A DNA stretch of 64,000 bases from Octopus vulgaris (lineage: Eukaryota): the NCBI GenBank assembly GCA_951406725.2, contig OX597826.1, forward strand, positions 56,544,001-56,608,000, written 5' to 3'. Positions 12,121 through 24,050 of the stretch are shown here, piece after piece. Under the pieces are notes generated by a model, which was not told the DNA's origin, ran no database searches, and saw only the letters and a list, made by a program, of their open reading frames with translations. Made by a program: the position numbers and the translations under genes. Positions within the stretch are counted from its first letter, which is position 1. Each line of letters opens with the position of its first letter.

Positions 12121-12220
12121 TAATGAGTATTGTTATGAACATTATATTAAACATCATAATGAGCATGATAATGGACGTTATAATGGACATTAAAGTGAAC
12201 ATTATAATGAACATTATAAT
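12121..12220. repeat. Degenerate 12-bp tandem repeat, ~8 copies (consensus TAATGAACATTA)
   Basis: taatgagtattg ttatgaacatta tattaaacatca taatgagcatga taatggacgtta taatggacatta aagtgaacatta taatgaacatta. Confidence 0.8.
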
Positions 12221-12441
12221 TAAGAGATTTTTTTTTAGTCCATTCAAAATTTCAAGAAAGCTGAACAAGAACTGCTCTAAGACAAAGGAAGTAAATTTAC
12301 CGTTTAATAACTGTTTCTTTTGGAGATACTGAGTACATTTCAATATTTTTACTAGATTCAATCACTGATTCACAGGCCAAACTAGTACTACTGGGGGTAA
12401 CATTTTCAAGGGATTTTAGTTGATCATACCAAACCCAGTAC

Positions 12442-12551
12442 ATTTCAGTTTGGCCCTTAGTATATAAATCATTGATCTTTTGATGAAAAGGGACAGAACA
12501 CTATACATTGTTTTAAGCCAGTTTACCCACTCATATATATACATATCCTAA
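12442..12551 (+). repeat. 110-bp unique segment duplicated exactly at 14240-14349
   Basis: atttcagtttggcccttagt...acatatcctaa is identical in both places. Confidence 0.9.
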
Positions 12552-12674
12552 TCTTTCTCATCCTTTATATATACTTGCATGAGGTGAGCTAATATATATA
12601 TATATATATACATATATACATATATATATATGTTTTAGTATCACCTTGGTTTGACATTATATAGTTGTAACTCA

Positions 12675-13075
12675 AGCATGGCTGTTTTAAGAAGCCTGCT
12701 TCTCAACTACATGGTTCTGAGTTCAGTCCCACAGTGTGGCTCCTTGGGAAAGTATCTTCTACTATAGCCTCAGGCTGACCAAAGCCTTGTAGGTGGATTT
12801 GGTAGATGGAAACTGAAAGAAACCTGTTGTATATATTTATATTTATGTGTGTGTGTCATGGGGTTTGTGTTTGTTCCCCCACCATTGCTTGACAACTGAT
12901 GTTGGTGTGCATATGACCCCATACCTTAGCAGTTTGGCAAAAGAGACCAATAGAATAAGTAGCAGGCTTACAAAGAATAAATCCTGGGGTCAATTTGTGT
13001 GACTTAAAACCCTTCAATATGGTGCTCCAGCATGGCCGCAGTCAGATGATTGAGACAAGTAAAAGAGTGAAAGAC
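12675..13075 (+). mobile_element. Family A SINE
   Basis: catggttctgagttcagtcccac...ggtgctccagcatggccgcagtcagatgattgagacaagtaaaagag. Confidence 0.78.
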
Positions 13076-13699
13076 TTAGTGTCATAGCTACGCAAGCAGT
13101 GTCCTTTGTTTTCAATCTTCCATGAAAACATGTCTGGTCATGTGGAAATATTAACTTACTTGAAAACAGGTGAGGGTTGGCAACAGGAAGAGTATCCAAC
13201 TGCAGAAATTCCATCTGACCCATAGGAGCAAGTAAAAGTGAGTGTTAAAAGATGATAAGGCTGATGTTCATACACACACACACACACATACTAGAATCCT
13301 AAACAACTTTCATCTCCCATGTTACTCACGAGGTGTTGGTCAGCTCAAGACTATAATAGAAGGCACTTGCCCAGGGTACTCTGTGGTGGGAACCTAGCAG
13401 TATTCAGTCGTCAAACAAATTTTTAACCACACACCTAAGTATGAACTTATGTTCAAAGCCTAAAATGAAATTAAAATTTTCTGTACAACGGATGTGAACA
13501 CTGGATTTACGACTTCCATCTTGACAAAAAAGAAGAAAATCCTCTCTGTTCTGTTTTTAATGATTGCGATTGGTATTGAGAGAATAAAGACAATTTTATT
13601 CCTTGTGTGAATTTAATTTTAATGTGATTCAAAAGAAAACTGTAGCAAATAAAAACCCCCACAAAAGTAACAAAAACTTCATAAATATGAGACTGTCAG

Positions 13700-13765
13700 A
13701 ATGATGTAGACACCTCTGATGAAAACCCAAGAAGGTTCAAAAATCAATTAAGGCTGTTCATCATT
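13700..13765 (+). ncRNA. Decayed minimal type-I hammerhead ribozyme (Penelope-like element type), probably inactive
   Basis: CCT-CTGATGA-a-AACC-caagaa-GGTT-c-(a)AAA-ATCAAT-TA-AGG, with extended stem I gaca/tgtt and aatgatg/catcatt. Confidence 0.5.
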
Positions 13766-13772
13766 GTTTTGT

Positions 13773-14011
13773 GGAGGCGCAATGGCCTAGTGGTTAGGGC
13801 AGCGGACTTGCGGTCGGAGGATCGCGGTTTCGATTCCCAGACCGGGCGTTGTGTGTGTTTATTGAGCGAAAAGAACACCTAAAAGCTCCACGAGGCTCCG
13901 GCAGGAGGTGGTGATCCCTGCTGTACTCTTTCACCACTCAAAGGCGGTGCTCCAGCATGGCCGCAGTCAAATGACTGAAACAAGTACAAAAAAAAAAAAA
14001 AAAAAAAAAAA
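13773..14011 (+). mobile_element. Chimeric tRNA-derived SINE: CpG-rich tRNA head fused to a family A 3' tail, plus poly(A)
   Basis: A box tggcctagtgg and B box gtttcgattcc. At ~13940 the sequence switches to aaaggcggtgctccagcatggccgcagtcaaatgactgaaacaagt, followed by an A-run of over 20 nt. Confidence 0.75.
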
Positions 14012-14561
14012 TATACATATGTATATCACTTTCACACATGTGAACACATAAGTGCAAAACGAGGTGTTAAAACTGATAAAATGATAGTCGAATAGTAAAG
14101 TTAGGTAGGAGGAAGATTGTATTCTATTGAGGCTGAAAATACTTCAACAAATTGTTATCCAGAGTTTCACTCTTGTTACCGGTTTGTGAAGTCTTTTCAG
14201 TTTCAGTAAAGTACTATCTGTCTAGCTATATATATATATATTTCAGTTTGGCCCTTAGTATATAAATCATTGATCTTTTGATGAAAAGGGACAGAACACT
14301 ATACATTGTTTTAAGCCAGTTTACCCACTCATATATATACATATCCTAACGCCAACCACTCTCGGAGGTTGGCAGATATATGTACATATGTGTGTGGATG
14401 TATATATATATATACATATATACATACATAAATATATATACATATATATATATATATATACATATATACATACATAAATATATATACACATATATATATA
14501 TATATATATACATATATACATACATAAATATATATATACATATATACATACATAAATATAT

Positions 14562-14606
<45 letters not shown>

Positions 14607-14706
14607 GTAGCAAAATCAAAATCAAAATAGAAATTGTAGTTGTGGCCAATACCAGTGCTGCCTGACTGGCTCCCCATGCTGGTGGTGTGTATATATGTGT
14701 GTGTGA

Positions 14707-14752
<46 letters not shown>

Positions 14753-15009
14753 TTATGTCTCTGTTTAATACCACTAGATCATCACCATGAGTGGTAAGGC
14801 AATGAGACATGCATCTCTACATTTTTTTCTGTAAGCTATTGAAATTAAAGAGAGATTGCTAGTTAAGAAATTAACAAGAATGAAAAGGCTCAAGTGAATA
14901 TCAGATACAGTCTGTCAAGGCCCTACCATCATCCATTAGTGCATGAAGAAGCAACAAATATGCATATTTCTATGCTGTACATCCATCTTCTTTTCCAACA
15001 CAAGTTTGT

Positions 15010-15231
15010 TGGCAGAATCGTTAGCACGTCGGGCGAAATGCCGAGCGGTATTTCGTCTGCCGTTACGTTCTGAGTTCAAATTCTGCCGAGGTTGACTTTG
15101 CCTTTCATCCTTTCGGGGTCGATAAATTAAGTACCAGTTATGCACTGGCGTCGATATAATCGACTTAATCCGTTTGTCTGTCCTTGTTTGTCTCCTCTGT
15201 GTTTAGCCCCTTGTGGGTAGTAAAAAAAAAA
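15010..15231 (+). mobile_element. Family D SINE, young copy with A-rich tail
   Basis: ggcagaatcgttagcacg...gagttcaaattctgccgaggttgactttgcctttcatcctttcggggtcgataaattaagtaccag; CpGs intact; many degraded relatives in the window. Confidence 0.8.
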
Positions 15232-15435
15232 GTATTTCAAAGCCACATGCTTAACCTGTTGCTAACCTTTATTTGTCTTTTCAATTAGGGATTATATATG
15301 GATTATATATTCTAACTTTGGCATCGAGAGTGTAGAGATATAAAGCAATTTGTTAATAGGGAATGTCAACATAACATCACAAATTTAGCTTGAGTGGTTT
15401 CGTGCAAAGATGGCAAGTGTAAGTAATCATTAATA

Positions 15436-15469
<34 letters not shown>

Positions 15470-15648
15470 TTACACACACACATACACACACATGATGTTC
15501 TTTCATGCAGTTTTTGTTGACCAGTTCCACTCAAAAGACACTGATCAGCTTAGGACTTTAGGAGAAGGAACTTACTGGCAACATAGTACTCAAAATCAAA
15601 TGCTTGCAAAGTGAACTTTGTATCACTAAAGCCATGCTTGTGCCAAGC

Positions 15649-15705
<57 letters not shown>

Positions 15706-15875
15706 AAAATATACACACAAACACTCTTTTATATATGTGTCCTTATATGTATGCATGCATGAAATTTCTCTAGATGATTTCTTATGAACTGTCTGAAATG
15801 GGACCAAAACCAATCGGATAGATCACTGATTTTCTATCCAAGTAGAGTGCTTACACATTTGTTTATACTTGTCCA

Positions 15876-16093
15876 TTAACCCTTTCGTTACCAACCCAGC
15901 TGAAACTGGCTCTGGCTCTGAGTACAAATGTCTTGTTTTGAATTAAAATCTTCCACTAAACCTTAGTCACAATTTATGTTCCTAACATTAGCTGAATGAT
16001 AACTAAGTTATTTTACTAAATTCTTTGTTATATCTAAAGTAATTGAAAGAAACACAGAGCATCTCAAAATAAATGCAGTAATGAAAGGATTAA
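15876..16093. mobile_element. piggyBac-type MITE, family P1
   Basis: TTAA-CCCTTTCGTTAC...GTAATGAAAGGA-TTAA. Confidence 0.78.
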
Positions 16094-16952
16094 ATTGACT
16101 TCATATGAAGTGCCAGCTACAATTTCTATTACAACAACAGATATGCTATATTGTATATTTATGTTGTGAGTATGCGTATATGTTCATACACACATACATA
16201 TGCATACTGCCATGTATATAAATATATGTATATGCATGCATGTATGTATATCATTATTATTATCATCATCATCATCACTTAATGTCTGTCTTCTATGCTG
16301 GTATAGGGGGGAGCAATTTGAGAAGAGCTGGTAAAACAGAGGACTATGAAAAGCTCTGCTGTCTGCTTTGGCATAGTTTTTATGACATGGTGCCCTTCCT
16401 AACATCAACCACTGAAAGGGAACTGGGTGCTTTTTATGTGGCACCAGCACCAATGAGGTCCCCAAGTAACTTGCAAGACCCTCAACTGATAGGGTGGTGG
16501 TGGTATTTAGGGAGGTGTCTTTGTGTCAGGTGATGAGTGGTTAGACTATGCAACCGTTTACACATATATATATATATCATTATGATACTTCATTCTTAAA
16601 ATTATTACCCATTAATTAGGCTCTTGTTAGTTAAGAAGGTTTCTGATACATACATATGTGCGTATACATACATACATATATGACAAGTGTTACTGTACAG
16701 GTGTAATGTAAAATGAAATAAAAGAAAGCTCCGCTCCCCACATCTCGCTACAGTTATAGTGGAAAGAAATATTTTTTAAACTGAGTCTTAGTCAGTTGAT
16801 ACTCAGACTTTCTCATTTAACTTGTTAGTCATCTGAATAATGGGAACACAAAACCCTGAGTACTCCCTCACCTAGACTCAGCTTCAAATACACATTCGTG
16901 TACATTCATGTACATGTATGTGTGTGTGCGTGTGTGTGTATGTATATGTATA

Positions 16953-18170
16953 CAGGGTGTGTAAGTTATTTGAGGACATACCTTTTTGGGGGTCATTGCT
17001 GTACTTTTTGCTAACACTGTATAATCTTTGCTTCAGAAAATAATAATGGCAGACCCTCAGCTTACTCAAGAAATGAAGAGGCATGCTGTTATTGTGGTTA
17101 TAAAGGCTGAGCATAGTGATTTAGAAATATCTCGATTTTTACAAGCTATCAGATCTTTTTGTCTACAAAGTTTGTAAGGAGCTGGAGACTGAAGATGAAA
17201 ACGTGTCACCAGTATCAAAGCATAAGAGTATTCTAAATGCTCTGAAATCATCAGAACACCTGAATTTATCCAGCAAGTTCAACAGACCATTGATTACAAT
17301 CCCAGAAAAATCCATGAGGATCTCCATGTGTCTGAAGGAACAGTCAGAAATGTTGTCCACTAAGACATCAGATATGTCTTATATGATGAGGAAAAGTCAA
17401 TTTGTTAGAAAAAGCAAAAGAAAATCACTACATCAGATCTAAAAGGCTCTTAAACAAACTGAAAAATCCAGCAGAAGAAGATTTGATTTGGTTTTTCTTA
17501 AACAAGAAAAACTTCGGCCAAGATCAAAAAGTTAACAGAAGAAATGGCAAATGGTTATGTGCAGACTCTTCTGAAGTTCCAAGTGTTATGCATACAAAAT
17601 TTCCTGCAACTGTCATGGTTTTAGAGGTTGTCAGCAATGAAAGACATGTGATGTCTCCTGACTTCTTTCCACAAGGCCTTAGAGTTAACTCTGCCACCTA
17701 CATTGAATTCCTGGAAATAATTGTTAAGCCCTGGATAGACAGTGTATGCAATGGAAGGCCATGTGTGTTTCGGCAAGACTCTGCACTATCACACATGGCT
17801 CTAGTAACACAGGAATGGATGGTTGAAGATTTTTATGATCACAACACCCCTAACATATGGCCTTTTAATTCCCCAGATCTCAATCCATTGGACTATTACA
17901 TGTGGAGCGCTTTTGAGAGAGAGGTCAATGAACACGCCCATAGCACCAAAGATTCTATGAAAGCTGCCATAGTCAGTGTAAAATGAACCAGGACCACTTG
18001 ATTTGAGCATGTACATGATTTGCAGTTGTTGAAGCTGAAGGTAGCTTTATTGAATAACATTATAGAAAAGAAGGTTTATTTTTATCCTCAGCATTTTTTG
18101 ATAAATAAAGTTATCTGTTATTAAATATCTGTTTTTTTTATAAATATAAATCTGTCCTCAAATATCTTAC

Positions 18171-18178
<8 letters not shown>
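16953..18178 (+). mobile_element. Full-length but defective Tc1/mariner transposon, DD37D (maT) family
   Basis: 26-bp imperfect TIRs cagggtgtgtaagttatttgaggaca / tgtcctcaaatatcttacgcattctg, flanked by TA on both sides; 1226 bp. Confidence 0.92.
17046..18057 (+). pseudogene. DD37D transposase pseudogene (frameshifted; first catalytic Asp lost)
   Basis: ORF 17402..17986 has WFFLNKK (cf. WFFSDEK), FRQDSALSH and WPFNSPDLNPLDY, with 37 residues between the 2nd and 3rd Asp. The N-terminus MADPQLTQEMKRHAVIV at 17046 is broken from it by frameshifts. Confidence 0.88.
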
Positions 18179-18204
<26 letters not shown>

Positions 18205-19402
18205 AATGTTGAACACCAAGAATGAGTGCTCAGCACTGCATTAGTGGATAAAATTTCTTTGTATTAAGGCTACCATTGGTTTCATGTTAAGAAAAATATC
18301 TTAATATTGGCTTGAAAAATTGTTAAGGCATTAAGATACTTTTATTAGCATGAAACTAATGGTAGCCTTGATACACACACACACACACACACGCGCATGC
18401 ATACATATAACCTAGTAGCACACAAATACACATACGACAATGAAAACACTGATATAAGTAAAACCAAAATTAAAACAAAAAAACACGAAAATAAAACAAT
18501 ATTTTTTTTATTAATTAATTAAAAAGACAAATAAAACAAAACAAGAATAACTGAACAAACTAAATAATGGTTGCAAGCAAAAATTAAAATGTCAACTTTT
18601 GGATTAGAAGATTTTGTTGTTGTTGTGTTGTTGCTTAACCCCGAGTCAGCCCTGATTGAGTTGACTTATGGTCAGAAGCATTCCAGCAATGACCAATCCG
18701 TCTTTTTAATTTTTTTCTTTATATATTTCATTTATAGTGTACTCTGGACTACACTATCCATTGCGTCCTTACTTAAGACGGCAGGGGGTGGTTTGAGGAA
18801 GATGTGGCTGCTATTTCGAGCAGTTCATGTGACCACAATGATGCTCTCTCATTAGCTTGTTATTTTTGTATATTGCGGTTGTTTTGTAGGGTTTTTTTTT
18901 ACAAAGGGAGGGAAAATGTTAGGGCAAGGTATATTGTATTTTTGTTAGTTGTTTTAGTAGATTTGTTTTTTTTTGTAGTTGTTGTTGTTGTTGTTGTTAA
19001 TATAATTATTAATTGATAATGTTAATTATTGTTATTAGGCAACACCAGAAGAAATAAACAAACAGAAGAAAAATAAAATAAAATAAAAAATAACAACTTC
19101 TTCACAAAAATATCAATAAAAACATGAATAAGGTAAAAATTAAGATAAAATAAAATAATAAGTATGATAAAAACAAAAACAATAAAAAACACATAGTTTG
19201 GGTGTGATGTGGAAATGGTTAGGATTTGAAACAGCTTATGTGTATATAAATACCCACACACACATACATATCAATATATATATATATGTACATACATAAA
19301 TACATGCATGTTTTTTATATATAGGTGTGTGTTGTATGTATGTATCTAAGTACTTATACCTTTATATTGTGTGTGTATGCTTCTAAGTACATACACCTTT
19401 AC

Positions 19403-19433
<31 letters not shown>

Positions 19434-21007
19434 TGTGTGTGTATGTGAGTGTCATATGTGTAAACTATTTCAATTTTACAGCATTTGTAAATAGAAAGAA
19501 ATACAATATTAATTTTTTTTTTCTAATTATTTTTTAAACTTTTGGTATAAAAATAATTCCAAAATATTCCCAAATTGTGATGTGGTGGCAGGGATGCATA
19601 AATAATATACTTGCTTGGCTGACTTCACAGGTAAGGGAGCTGGTATTGATATATATATATATATATATGTAGATAGATTTCCTTCACTAAGGTGTGTGTG
19701 TGTGGGAAGAACTAACAGAACAGTGTGGGTCAGGTTAAAATTTACAACTTTAGAAAGCTATGTTTGTGTGTGTACACAAATATATATATATATGTATACA
19801 TATATATAGATTTATATATACACACATATCAATCAACAAAGCTATTTGGTGGTCAAAGTCATCGAAAAAAGGTCTTAGTATTTCAAGGATTATGTAACAT
19901 AGCAGCAGTGATAATCAAAGTGGGGCTTTTGGGGGTGTGTGGGGGTAAGGTAAGGTTGAGAGGCAGTAGTAGTAGAGAAATCCTTAGAACACATTAATTT
20001 CTTTAAATCAAAGACATGACAATAATTTGAATTGACAGGGAAGAAATACCAAAATTCAAATTACTAAGAAGATTGAAATATTTAATAATAATAATCCTCT
20101 GAACTATAGGTACAAGGCCTGAAATTTTGAGGGAAGGGGTGGGGGAATTGATTACAATGCTCCACCCCTGTACATAACTAGTACTTATTTTACTGACCTT
20201 GGAAAGATGAAAGGCAAAGTCAAACCCAACAGAATTTGAACTCAGTATAATAATATGTCATAGGTACGAGGCCAAAAATCTGTCAAAAGTTGAGTGTTAG
20301 AATATTAAGTCAACCCCAGGACTTGACTAATACTTTAATTTATTGCCCCCTAGCCCTGACCACATCCCGGGAAAAGTCAACCCTGTTAAAATACAGCTCC
20401 TATCTTTGATAGATATTTTTGTTACAAAAAGAGTATAACTGATTTAAAATACATATGTATGTATTTTATCAGTTGACTCTCCACACCAATAGAATGTAAA
20501 GCCCAATGCTGACCTTGGCAAGATTTGAACTAAGAACATAAACTAATTATATTACAATCTACATAAACTGATACACATGTGTGTGAGTGTGTAGGTGTGT
20601 TCATATCCGTATATGTGTTTTTTCAATACTTATTCAATTAAGGAAGAGTAGTATCTGTGATAATTTACAAGGTCCCTGGGTAAGGGGAGGCAGGAAAGAC
20701 GGAAAATGATCCTTAGATCTGAGACATGGATGAAATACTTGTCAGAGTGTGGACTCTGTTAAAGACACCCTATAGCCACATGATGGTGGTGGTGGTATGA
20801 AAGTGAACCAGCCAACAGTGTGAAAGTCAAATAGGAAATGAAACACATTTTTCTTTAATATTTATTCAGAAATATAGAAAAAAAGAGAAATGAAAAAAAA
20901 ATAACAGTTTTTGTGAAAGAAACTATTTATTGTTGATCATTTCAGGGGGTGGGGGAAATAAAAGAGAGAACCAGACAGCTTTAGAACATGGTTTGGAAAA
21001 TAATAAT

Positions 21008-21038
<31 letters not shown>

Positions 21039-21706
21039 TAATAATAATAATAATATAAAAAAAATAATGATAATAATAATTTCAGTTTTTATGCATTGCC
21101 AACAGACCAGAATGAAAGTAAAGTTGGCATTTGTGTGTGGAAGTGGATTTCTGGATGGGTGGTAGGCAAGGAAAGATAATACACAGCAGGGGTAGGTGGG
21201 GAATGGGTGGGCCAAAGGGGTGTTTGTAGCATGGTCAAGTAGAGGAAGGTGAGGCTGAAGTTAGGCAATGGCACGATAACAACAACGTCACCAGTGACAT
21301 CATCATCATCACCATCGTTACTAAAGACTGCCAGGAAGGAGGTAAAAAGGTAAGAGACACACCTGTCACATCCCTCAGGTGGTTCACTGATTTTGTTGTT
21401 GTTGTTTTATTATACAATAGTAGTAGCAGTAGTTGTAGTAGCAGCAGCAGTTGTACAAGAAATTACATTGTTAATTACATTTACAGATTTACAGAAAAAA
21501 AATATATAAACAAAAAAAGAGCTTATTTTATATTTTATATATTTTTTTTTAGATTTCATCATCTTGTCCCTCTAATGATCAGATGAAACCAAACAAAAAA
21601 AAAAAAACAAGAGGCAGGGGAGGTAGTGGAGGTGGTCAGATTTGGAGGAGAAAAAAGCAAAATAAACACTGAAATTATGGACAATATCTATGTGTGTGTC
21701 ACTGTA

Positions 21707-21758
<52 letters not shown>

Positions 21759-22968
21759 TATATATATTTCTGTGTAAGAAAACAATTATTCTTTTGGATG
21801 TATTAAAAACCAGACCGTTCTAGATCTCTCTATTTTAAACAATTGCTATTTCTTCTTCATATTTTTGTTTCTTGCAAGTTTCTTTTCTATATCAGTATTT
21901 TCAAAACTATCGTCAATATTTCTAGATTTTCACGGTCTCAACTTCTGGCTTATTCTGTCATGTGTTTCTGTCACTTTATTGTAGGCAAGGCCAATGAGAT
22001 CCATGGAGACATAACTGATAGAATTTGAATATTTTACCTGTATATGTATCACATACTCCACACACACACACACACATATGTATATAAAGTATGATGAGGC
22101 AACATTATCAAAACTTTGAAGTCCCAATCAAAACCAATATTAACAAATCTTCACATACAAGGTCATTATTCAGTCAATATTTGTAGTATTTGAATCAACT
22201 ATGTGTGTGTGTGTATGCATATGTATGAATATATATATATATATACATGGCTACGTGTGTTTATGTGTGTAAGTGATAACCTGCAGAAATAAAGATGCTA
22301 CTGAACTGATGTAACATGATCTATAACTTACATGAAATCATTTGTATTTTAAGTGAATTTTTTGCTTAGAAATGGTAGGAATGGTTCAGCAAGGGTATAG
22401 AGAAAAACCAAAATGATGCCCACCCTCACAAAAAAAAAAAAAATGTAAGTGTGGTTAAAAAAACAATGAAATTTTTAAAATTCTTGGAATGAGTTTTTTT
22501 TCCTATTTTACTTTTTGTTGGTTTGAACCTTTGATGGCTGTATCACTAATAATACATCAAGATACACTGAATATTTTGATATTTAACTGAGTTGAGATGG
22601 TTTTAAATTATATAAAAAAATAATATCATAACTCTATCTATTTGTATGTATATGCAAATATAAACATTCATATCTATAAACATGTATGCATATGTATATC
22701 CATACACACACACATACATATATGCACATACATATATATATATATAAATATATATACACATACATACATACATATATATATATATATAAATATATATATA
22801 TACATACATACACACATACATACAAACAGATGCACATAAATATATGTATGTATACATTTATCTAAACTGCAGATGTTGATTTACATAGCTTTTCAAAAAC
22901 ACACTCCTCTCATATATATATATACATATACACACATGTATATATACACATACCTACATGTATGTATG

Positions 22969-23009
<41 letters not shown>

Positions 23010-23199
23010 ATACCTATGTATGTGCCTGTACATACATATATATACACTCACATACATCCATATGTGTATGTTTCTGTGTGTATCTATTTATTGTTTGCTA
23101 TCAAATTTAACTTGATAATATTCCCAACAGTTACAGCCCTCATTAGCAAAATCTATGAAACTAGCAAATTTTAGTGTGAAGGTGAGATGATGGTGGAAT

Positions 23200-24050
23200 G
23201 GTGAAGGAAGCATAGAGTTGATTTATGGATCCCAGTATTTTACTGATCCCTAGAATGAAGTACAAAGTTGACGATGGCAGGATTTGAATTCAAAACTGAA
23301 GGGCCATAAGGTATATTCCACAAAGCATTTTATCAACACCCTAATGATTTTTGTCATCCACCACTCTCCTAATTAATAATAAAAGTAATGATTTGGGGAG
23401 AGAATGTTAGTCAGTACCATTAGTCTCTGTACTAAGTACTCTGTTACTTTATTTTGTTAACACTGAAAGGACAAAAAGCAAAGGTGACCTTGTCTGGATT
23501 TCAACTCAAAACTTAGAGCCAGACGAAACATCTCAAAGCATTATATCTTTTCTACTCTAGGCACAAAACACGAAATTTTGGGCGCGGGGGTCAGTCAATT
23601 AGATCGACCCCAGTACACAACTGGTACTTAATTTATTGACCCCGAAAAGATGAAAGGCAAAGTCAACCTCGGCGGAATTTGAACTCAGAATGTAAAGAGA
23701 GATGAAATATCGCTAAGTATTTCGCCTGGCATGCTAACATTTCTACCAGCTCACTGCCTTTAAAGCATTATATCTGACATTCTAATGATTCTGCTAATCC
23801 ACAAAATGGACAATAATCAAGATTTCTAAGATGGGCATGAGGTCTCAAAACTTTAAAGAGAAGGAAAGAAAGTTGATTAGATTGACACCTATATTTAACA
23901 GGTGCAATTTTTTTTAATAAATCACCATAGAAGGAGTAAAAGATCAAATCGACCCCCTGGTAGATATTTTTAACTAGGGACATAAAAGGACGCTGCCACA
24001 TACCATACTGCCAACTATTTTATCTGCTGCTCTACTAAAACTGCCACCAA
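23200..24050 (-). mobile_element. Cluster of tandem family D SINE copies (best copy 23545-23760)
   Basis: Repeated ctggtacttaatttattgaccccgaaaagatgaaaggcaaagtcaacctcggcggaatttgaactcag. Confidence 0.72.

Noticed and set aside
13773-13850. tRNA gene candidate
   Set aside because: A/B boxes are present, but the acceptor and anticodon stems do not pair properly and the sequence continues into a SINE body.
14160-14215. Minus-strand ctgaaaagac...gaaac motif
   Set aside because: No clean stems; it cannot be folded into a hammerhead without many assumed changes.
21189-21220. G-quadruplex-like run ggggtaggtggggaatgggtgggccaaagggg
   Set aside because: It is on the strand antisense to ephrin, and G-runs are common in this low-complexity DNA; there is no independent support for function.
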